Shown: positions 54,217-64,000 of the stretch, one piece after another
How the letters are laid out: the number at the start of each line of letters is the position of its first letter
How positions within the stretch are numbered: position 1 is the first letter of the stretch
Origin: Paraspadella gotoi
Lineage: Eukaryota > Animalia > Chaetognatha
Assembly: GCA_051294375.1 (NCBI GenBank)
Contig: CM119269.1
Location: 18,976,418-19,040,417, forward strand
Direction of reading: 5' to 3'
Length of the DNA stretch: 64,000 nucleotides
The notes under the pieces: model-generated
What the model was told of the DNA's origin: nothing
Database searches by the model: none
The model's input: the letters and a program-made list of their open reading frames with translations, nothing else
Made by a program: the position numbers and the translations under genes

Positions 54217-55244
54217 CTTTTTCTTCTAAAAAAAATAATAAAAATATTTTCTCATTCACTCTTTCGCCGGTTCACCGCGTGGACCTGGGCCACTGTCTCC
54301 AAGGACGGACGACATGAGGAGAAGAAAAAAGCGAAATTGAAAGAAAAGAAACAAAAAAACAAAAAAAAAAAAAACGGAAAAAAAGAAGAGAGAAAAAAAG
54401 TGTAAAGAATATTTAATACTTTCAAAAATATTAAAATTGAAACTAAATGTATTTGACAAAAGAGAGAAAGAAAAGAAGGAAAAAGGAAAGGAGTAGTTCC
54501 TTTATGTGTTCGACCAAAGAGAGGAAGAAAGTAAAGAAAAAGGAAAGAGAAGTTCTTTAGTATGTGTTTGTAAAGTAGATAGGAAATGCAGAAAAGTAGT
54601 GACGAAGTGCGCGGAGGAAGAAAAGAAAGAAGATAGGAATAGACATGGGAATTCAGCGAAGAATACAAAGAGGAAGGATAAGAGGACAAAGAGTCGGAAG
54701 GCTTCACCTAGGAAAAGCATCATGGGAAATCTTAAACCGCTTTCACTTCTTTTTCTTCTGAAAGTGAAAATCTCCCTCTCTCCCTCTCTGTCTCTTTCTC
54801 TTCTTCTTTCTTTCTTTCTCTATTTTTTTTCATATTACTTTCATGTAATACAATTAGTTTTGTCTTTCAAAAATTTACATGTTGACTCAGGAATTTCAAC
54901 TTTTTTTCGGTTAAGATGTAAAAAGAAATAAATAAAATCGAAGCTACGTAAAAGTTTTACCTATTTTTAATAAATGTTTTAGAATTTATAAAGCTAACGT
55001 CGTCCCCTCAATTTCCTCCTCGCAGAACCAGGCTCGCTCCGCTTGACCTTTTTACAACTCCTTCCTTGTTTACTTTTTCTTCTTTTTTTTCTTACATCTT
55101 TTTGTTTTCTAACTAAAGAAAGATTCGAGTTCGAATCCAATTTACTTTTTTGTCCAAGTAGATTTCTTTTTCTTTTCAATGAAGGAACGTTTCAATCAAA
55201 ACTTTAACCTGATCTACTTATTGGAGAGAGAGAGAGAGAGAAAG

Positions 55245-55307
<63 letters not shown>

Positions 55308-55371
55308 CGGAATGTCGTGTGCCCGCCGGATCGTGAGGAGAAAGTGGCTGAGGATGGTGATGGAGACGGAA

Positions 55372-55464
<93 letters not shown>

Positions 55465-55602
55465 AACGCTGAATTTGGGAATTTTCCTGTTGCTTCCATT
55501 AACCGAGTCGTGAAAACACGAATGCAGGAGTTTTTGAAAGAAAATCGAACCAAAGCGAAAAAGAACAAAAAAACAGAGAGAGAAAAAGAGAAGAGAGAGA
55601 GC

Positions 55603-55646
<44 letters not shown>

Positions 55647-56467
55647 AAGAGAGAGAGAGAGAGAGAGAGAGAAGAGAGAGAGAGGGAAGAGAGAGAGAAA
55701 GAGAAGAGAAAATTAATAAGAAATCTAATCCGGAGAAAGCCAACCAAAAAAAAAAAAGATTGGGTGATCGTTGTAAAATATTAATTTTCTCGAATTAAAT
55801 CCTGTTGACTTCTTCATTTTTTCGCTTTGCTCTTCTCGTTTCTTTTATGTGCTGACTCCTTTCTCAGCCATGTTATTTCTCCTTTCTATTCTTTTCTCTT
55901 TTTCTACTTTTTCCCCACCATTTCTCTTTTCTTTCGATGTCAACTCTGACTCAACACTTACTCTGCTCCTCTCCTCGCCACTTTTCCTCAACTCACATCT
56001 CTCGTTTGCGTGTGGCTTATAAATCCATTGACGGTGGCGGGAAATAAAATGTAATGATAGATGAGATAATTGAATAGAATAAACTAAACCACATTCAAAT
56101 CAAAATAAAAACTCGTAAAGAAAGTAGTCAAGAAAAAAAATAACGAATACAAAAAAAAAAAACAAAAACCGAGGCATAATAAAATGAAGTAATGAAAACG
56201 TGGATATAATTAAAATGAAGCTAAAAAAATAACAATAAAGCGAAGGAAAGTAAAATGAAGCGAAAGAAAATAAAATGAAACGGAGAAAAATAAAATGAAG
56301 CGAAAAGAAAATAAAATTCATTCGACGGAAAAAATATCCGGGGATTAACGATTCCTCAGTCGCCGTCGATGGAAACGCCTTCCTCGGAATTGGGGGTAAT
56401 TGTTTCAACCGAAACATTCTCTCTCTCGCTCTCGTCTCTCTCTCTCTCTCTCTCTCTCTCCTCTCTC

Positions 56468-56503
<36 letters not shown>

Positions 56504-56509
56504 CTCTAT

Positions 56510-56596
<87 letters not shown>

Positions 56597-56811
56597 TTAT
56601 TTCTCTAACTTTATTTCTCCACTTTCCCTCTCTTTCTTTCCTCCTTCCTCTCCTCTTCTCTCTATCTCTCCCTCAGCCTCTCCCCCCCCTCGCCCTCTGC
56701 CGTCGCTTCGGAATTCTGTGGAGCGCGAAAAAAACTAAATAGAGAGCGAGTCATTTCCTCTCGGTTCGTTTGCGTTGCTACAATGGAAGCGTTTACGGTT
56801 TTATTCGCGCG

Positions 56812-56860
56812 TTCCACCCTCATTCCACCCTCATTCCACCCTCATTCCACCCTCATTCCA
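56812..56860. repeat. 11-bp tandem repeat (TTCCACCCTCA) x~4
   Basis: Seen directly. Confidence 0.9.
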
Positions 56861-57386
56861 CTCTACTTTACCCGTTCTTTTTCTTCTCCCCCTTTCTTCA
56901 CTTTTCCCCCCCCCCGTTTTCTCTTTCAACCAACATTTTTTTTCTTTTTTCTTCTCCTTTCTTATTTCTCTTGCCGCATACTTTCTTTCCTATTCCTTTT
57001 CTACCTTCCTTCCACTGCCTTTTTCTTGTTCTGGCCTCTTTTTACTTGCCTCTCAGCTTTTCCCTTTCTTCCCTGCTGCTCTTCCTTTCTTTCCTATCAT
57101 CTCTCCCTTACCCCCTTTTTTTCCCTAAGCCTCCTCCTTCCCTTCCTCCATATTTTTTGATCAACTCTCCATAATTTATAAACTTTTTATTTTTTTTACT
57201 TTTTACCGTTATTTACCTTATTTTCTATTTTTACCTTTATCTTCCTTATTTCTTTCTTTTAATTGTGCCTTAATTTTATTTGTCACTTTCTAGTCCCATT
57301 GATTTCTCTCCTCTCTTCTCCCTTCCCCTTCTTTCCTTCTTTGAAGTGGCGCGCATTTGCAAGTCCGGGTTCAGGATATTTTTAGT

Positions 57387-57508
<122 letters not shown>

Positions 57509-59375
57509 CCGACGGCCTGGTGCCGGATGTGCGTTGGGACAGGCGCTGAAAACGACACGAGGCAAATATGGTGGTCGGTAAGTCTCCTCGTAAGTTTTCT
57601 ATCCAAAGGGACGAAGGTCGTCACTCCGAAAATGGGCTCGTAAATTGCACCAAAACTAAGGTCACGAATGGAAAAAGAGGTTGAAGCACAATGGCAATGG
57701 CAATGGCACTCGAAGGCGTCAAACAGAAATGTCGCTGAAAGTTGATGGTGTCCAATAATAACCTCAGGAGCCGAGAAGAAAAAATGTAAGTTCCTTGGCG
57801 GAACTGTCGCAATGATGCAACATTTATTGAAAAGAAAGCAGCGGTGACATTTTGAATTGTTGAAAGGCGTGGAATCGGAAAAGATGTAAAAGCGGCGACA
57901 AAGGAGATGTTAAACGCGGATCCTTTGTTCTTTATACGTCACCCCATCTGGAATTGATATCGAAGGGATTGTCGGACGACAAGACTGGCAGCAAACGTTT
58001 AAAAAGTTGCGCCAGAAGTGACGCAAAGAGCGATTTAAATTTTTTTAAATAAAAGAAAAGCGTTTGACGCCAATGAGAACAAAAAAAGGAATGTATAGAG
58101 AATAAAGAGAAGAAATACTAAACCATAAGAAAAATAGAATTTTAATGAAAATTTTGAGGAGAATATTTGATTAGCGACCGAAATAATATGTTTCTATAAT
58201 TTATTATTTGCTTCAAAATCATGCTGTTCATATTATTTGTAAGGGAGTTCAGTAAATTTCAGTGAATGGTATTTTTTAGGTAGTAATAAAAGCATTTTAA
58301 AGTAACGACTCAGAACTACAAGTTACTAAATTTTTTTTGATAAATAATAATTCAATTAATATGTCTAAGTAAACTGGCTATTGTATTTTAAACTTGATAA
58401 ATCAAAATTTGTTTTTAAAAAGAAAGACTCATATATATCAAGTATCAAGACGACGATTTCTCTTTCTGAGGAAACGATTTACTCGTCTCTCCGATTCATC
58501 ATCTCCTTTCAACCGACTTTTTTTTCCTGTTTCTTTTTTTTCCCCCATTTTTCTTCTGTTTTATTTTGTTCTTTTGTTTTTCGAGTTAATGAAACTTCTA
58601 ACGTCTTTACGCTCAACATCTCGCGACGGCTTCATGGCTTTTTGACTAAATAAACAGACGTTTAGCGAGAAACTCTGTTTACTCCCGTCGAGAATTTTCT
58701 CTTTCTCCTTTTTTTTTACGGTTTGCTTCGTCTCGTTCGTCACTCTGTCTCTATTTCTGGCGCTTTGGGGTTCTTCTTTTTCATTCACTTTTTTCTTTCT
58801 TTAACATTTTATTTTCACAAACTCGTATTTTATATTTTAAAAACAATTTTCTTATATTACTTCTTCATTTCGATATTTTTTTCTATCCTCTTTATTATTT
58901 CTGTCTTTCTTTACTTTTTTTTTCACGAGGGTTGGGACTTGGGATCGTGGTAACCAACGAATTCCTCTGCGGAGAGTTTCGATTCGCGGAGTTCTCACTT
59001 GGAACTTGTTAATTTTATCGGATTTACTATATTGGATAATATTATATTTCATTCAATGTTCGATTTTCAAGAATCTTATCGCGCTGTTATGTGATCATAT
59101 ATAATATGAATTTTGAAACAAAATCAACTGACGATCGATAAGGTAAAAATCGAAAATAATGTATGACGTGAAACGTATGACGTGAAACATACTGCGTAAC
59201 GTACACTCCAAAAAAAGTCGAGTCATCGCTAATCTGCTCTTCGACGCTACTAAATAATAGGTCGCCATTTTCTACGTTTGTAACGATGGCCTAGATAATC
59301 AGACGATTTTAATTAATAGGTCGCCATTTTCGACGATGGCCTAGATTATCAGAAAATCCTACGAAAATCAAGACA

Positions 59376-59421
<46 letters not shown>

Positions 59422-59587
59422 CTTCACCAACTCTAACTAATATTTAATTTAGATAACTGAAAATGTCTACGTTAGGAAATAGAAATGAAAAATAATTAAT
59501 AAAGTATTTTAAAAACTAAAAAAAACTTAAGATAATGATACCAGTGATTATGCAATTCTGGTGGCCCTATCACTACAGATGAATTAA

Positions 59588-59810
59588 AGCTCAGTGGCTC
59601 AGTGGACTAATGCCCCATCCTCATGAGTATCCCTGGTTCGAGCCTTGCGGTTGTCATATAGAATGTGGGATAGAAATTTTACTACGCCTTATTGAACATG
59701 TTGTCTCGCCGTCGCCACGAGGTGACACCGCTGCGGGTGTGGCGCCCCATAAAACCAGCCTCTTCACAATATTCATAGACCAAGTAATAACAAATTAAAT
59801 TAAACAAAAC
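59588..59810 (+). mobile_element. tRNA-derived SINE (degenerate)
   Basis: Pol III A-box TGGCTCAGTGG (59595-59605) and B-box GGTTCGAGCC (59635-59644) at tRNA-like spacing, no cloverleaf, ~140 nt body and an A-rich tail. Confidence 0.6.
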
Positions 59811-60171
59811 ATGTAACTTATCTTTGACATTGTAGTATCGGTGAAAAAAAAATATCCCCAACGTAAAAAAGTTAACTGACAGCACCATTGGGATACACTG
59901 TATTATTTAGGAATGCCAAACGCCTACAGAATTTACCGTATCAAATGTCAATGCGGAAGTTTTTTTCGATTCGAGGAATCAGAGAAAAAAAAATGTTAAT
60001 GCTGTAATGATTATGATTTTTTTTCTCGATGCTGAGCTGTATCGACAGTCTATACCGCGAAGGCGGCGATTCGTGTGTCCACATAAACCGATTCGATGCG
60101 AGGAATTTCGGACGCAACCGACAAGTTTGGTCGTAGCCGCTTAGCAAAAGAGTGAGGGAGACAGTGAGGGG

Positions 60172-60248
<77 letters not shown>

Positions 60249-60544
60249 AAAGAAAAAAAGGAAGAGAAGGAAAAGAAAGGGAGGAAGAGAGTGAAAAAGA
60301 AAGTAGTTTTTTAAGAGTCGACTCGATAAGATCGGGAGAGAGGAAAAGTCAGGTATACATAACATTACATTACATATATACAGTTAGAAATAGTAGCTTT
60401 GCACAACTTGNNNNNNNNNNCGCATCAGCGTGGAAAAAACTGTAGTATAATCCAAGAATCGAAGCGTATCTGTTAATTATTTAGTTGACGATAGAAAGAG
60501 AGAGAGAGGGAGATGAAAAGAGAGAGAAAGAGAGAGAAGTGGAA

Positions 60545-60637
<93 letters not shown>

Positions 60638-60731
60638 CAGTATTCCATTTTCCCGTCATGTTTCGACGCTGGCTCATAATTTCTCGAACCGATGGAAAAA
60701 TATGTGAAGAAAGAAATCACACCAGACGGGA

Positions 60732-60774
<43 letters not shown>

Positions 60775-61408
60775 AGAAAACTGTTTCTAGGCCTTCTTCG
60801 TCAACCTTCCTTCATCCCGCGTTTACTGGGCGCGTCGTCGTCGTCGCGTCCTAAACGAGTTAACGCGACGACGAAGAACACGGGTTACGTCCGAGCAAAT
60901 TTGTGGGTTCTGGGCGTCAAAGTCCGCCACGCCGATTTCCACGTGTGGAAAAGGAGGAGGAGGAAGAGTTTGAAGGAGGAGGAGGAGGAGGAAGGGGAAG
61001 AGGAAGGGTAAAAAGGAGGAAGAACCGGACGAGAGAGAAAAAGGGGAGGAGGAGGAGGAAGAGGGATACGGGGGGTAGGGGATTGAGTCAGTGAGGATGA
61101 GGAAAAAGATGGAGTGGAGGAGGGAGGGAGGAAGAGGAAAGAGTTAAGGAGAATTGGATGGATAATGGAGGAAAAAATGGAGGAAAGGAAAAGAGGTGAT
61201 GAAGTAAAAAAGGGAAGGAGCATGATGAAAAAAAGAATAGACTTGGAAAATGAAAATGAAGCAAAAACAGAAAGAAAAAGGTGAGGACGAAAATAGATGA
61301 TTAAGAGAGAGAGAAAGAAAGAGGAAAGAGAATACGAGAGAAAAAAAAAGAGAACTTAATGAAGAGACGCTGCTAATACTAATAGAGAATGAGAGTGAGA
61401 TAGTGTGG

Positions 61409-61495
<87 letters not shown>

Positions 61496-63175
61496 AAGGC
61501 GATGATTTGAAAAGAGTTAACAGAGTTGCCCCAGTTAAAAGACCCCGAAGGAAAAAAAAATCTAATGAAATCCGCGAGACGAAGAATCCAGACTGGAAGG
61601 TCCGCGCATGCGCGTTGGAATCTATCGCCTCAATCCTACACACCGATGTCTACGGTGCCGGGCTTCCATTTCGAAACGGACATCTCTTGCTAAAAATATC
61701 TAATGGGGAAAAAAAATTTACTCTTCGATCAAATTCCATTCAAAAGAGAGAAAAAAAAAATCTGCGCCAGAAAATGTTAACGTCAGGATCAGTTAATATT
61801 GAACCGAGAGGTCACTCTGACCCCTTATTAAAATTTTGGTGTTGATATTTTTTAAAATAAAAAAAATAAGTATTACGTTCCAGTTGCCATCAGACTCGTC
61901 TGAAATAGAAATCAATTGAAAACCCGAATGACAAGAATAAAAGTGGATAAAATCCTTAAAATTCCCGAGATGGCGACACCGATACTTTAGCTTTTCACCT
62001 CAACTCACCTACTCCCAGTTATTCCATCCCCACCACCCCCGCCACCCCCGACGCCCCCTGCTCCATTTCCCACTCCTTTTGCTAATCCTTCCAGATATCG
62101 CCTCCCATTTTCCTTCGTTTTCTCTCTAATCTTTCCCCGTTATCACATTTCCTCTTTTTCCAGACTTTCTCGATAATTCCCTCTAATACTTTTTTTTTAT
62201 TCTTTCTTTTCTCTCATCTTCCTCTTAATTATTTTTGTCTTTTGCATTAACGAATTTTTTTTTCCGTTGACCTAAGTTTTAATGAGTCTTTAATGATTAT
62301 TTCCCCGACCTTTTTTTGAAAAGAATGATACAACTTTTAATTTGGTTCCGAAAAAAAAATACTACGCATTCAACCGTTGAGTATTTTCCATGTAAATTGT
62401 AATTACTAATAAGTCGGGTCTAAAACTTTATCTCGCATAAACGTGTACCATTTTCGTCACTCCCAGCTTCAGCTACTTTACCTCTGTTAGGCCCTAGAAA
62501 TCTCTAATCCTTGTCAGGCCTTCTCCGTCCTCCCTTCTCATTCTTCTTCGCCCATCCTGTGTCATCTTTTTTGAACCCCTGTCATTCTGCGTCGTTCTCG
62601 ATCTTCCTTAGTCAGTCAGTCACTCCCTCTCGCCTCCTTTTATATAAATCGTCGATTTTCCCTCAAAACGTTTTTTCGCGTCGTCGATCAAAACCTCATT
62701 AGCATACTACATCTCCGCCGCAGCTACCTTCGCTGCTCTCCCCTCTCCCTTTGATTATTTTATTGTACTTTAATTGTATTCATCGCGTAATTTGTGACGC
62801 TTCGAAGGATTTTTCCTCTTCGACGCACCTTGGTCGAGGAGAGGGATGCGTTGGGGGGGAGGGGGGGTGAAAAGAGGTTCGAGGAGACAGAGAGGAGGAG
62901 CGAGCACCTGTCCAGGGAAGGAGCGCGCGTATTACGCTTGCGCACGTGGAGCAGAGTCTCGAGTCTCGAGTGAGGACACGTTAAAACGATAGAAACAAAA
63001 TGTGTTTGAGGAAAGTATTTTTTTTTCTATTAACGGATTAAGTAATACGTATGCCGAGGAAACAGTAATAAAACTACGTCGTTCCTTGAACGGTTTACAC
63101 AGTACAGTGTACACTGTACAGCGCACATGCTTCCTCGGGAAAAAAAGACTGTATGCTGGGGGTTGTCGGCGGAGT

Positions 63176-63206
<31 letters not shown>

Positions 63207-63877
63207 GGCGGCGGCGAGCGGCCTTAAAATTTCTCATTTTCCACTTGATGAGATTTCGTTTCGTTGGAAGAAAAAAAGAAAGAAAAAGAGGAAAGGAGGA
63301 GATAAATTGAAGAAAAGTGAAGGAAGGAAAAAGAAGGCGAAAAAAGGGGATGAGAGAGAAAAAAAATAGTAAAAGATGAGGAGAAATATTGAACAAAATA
63401 GATGAAAATTTAAAAAAAAAAGAATCAAATGAAAAAAGTAGGAAAAGAGGATCGGGAAACAGGAGCATCAAAAAGCATTAGAAAGCAAGGGAGGTCAGAG
63501 GTCGAAATAATAAAAATAAATTTTAAAAGAAAAAAAAATTTAAGTTAAAGAAATGAAAAAATTTCAACCGTTTGATACAAAAAAAAACTGTAACTAAAAT
63601 AACAAATGCTTAATGAAAAAAAAATTTTGAAATAAGAGAAAAAAAAGTCGCGAAACTCGGATTTGAAATCATTTTCTGTTTTACGTACTGTTCCTGTAGG
63701 AGGAAAATTTTCAAATTGAATTTTCAAATTTTCAAATATTACGAGTTACTTTAAGAGCGAGCGGATTTACAAGGCGATCGTTTATTTTTTTTCCTACATA
63801 TAATCGAGGTACAATTTTTTTAATTTTTTAATATGGTTGTCTTTTCATTTCCTCTTTTCCTTCTTTCTGCATTTCAG

Positions 63878-63966
63878 AAATGGAACGAATCCAAAGACAG
63901 AAAATAGAATCGTCAGTGATTCAGACTCAATCTGCAAAATTACTTCGCCAACGACACGAATCGACG
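63878..63966 (+). CDS. Weak candidate exon with ATG at 63880: MERIQRQKIESSVIQTQSAKLLRQRHEST
   Basis: Long pyrimidine tract plus TTTCAG| acceptor, 29 open codons, ACG|GTGACT donor in phase 0; at the window edge, no homology recognised. Confidence 0.18.
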
Positions 63967-63967
63967 G

Positions 63968-64000
<33 letters not shown>

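Overview
Draft eukaryotic (most likely invertebrate) genomic scaffold, almost entirely non-coding. It is AT-rich, packed with (GA)n/(CT)n, (GAC)n and purine/pyrimidine tracts, shows no visible CpG depletion, and has 14 N gaps. Nearly all entries in the ORF track are microsatellite translations (SLSL/ERER) or run through Ns. The one convincing coding signal is a GC-rich ~1.55 kb minus-strand block (38042-36476). It reads as a single large first coding exon of a secreted or membrane-anchored low-complexity protein, broken by 1-2 frameshifts inside microsatellite-like tracts and ending at a CAG|GTGAG donor. No downstream exon or family domain could be identified. Two tandem duplications (~1 kb at 22.3-24.2 kb; ~9 kb at 38.3-57.6 kb) straddle 25-N gaps and look like assembly artefacts; in the larger one sequence quality decays toward the gap. 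Small mobile-element remnants include a tRNA-derived SINE, Helentron/HINE-like ends, a ~250 bp dispersed repeat, and an 88-nt insert with a Penelope-type minimal hammerhead motif between 11-bp direct repeats. I found no well-supported novel biological system. The best leads are the hammerhead mini-insert, the frameshifted giant exon, a candidate recursive splice site and a 23-bp motif abutting (CT)n tracts twice. All alignments and folds were done by eye.
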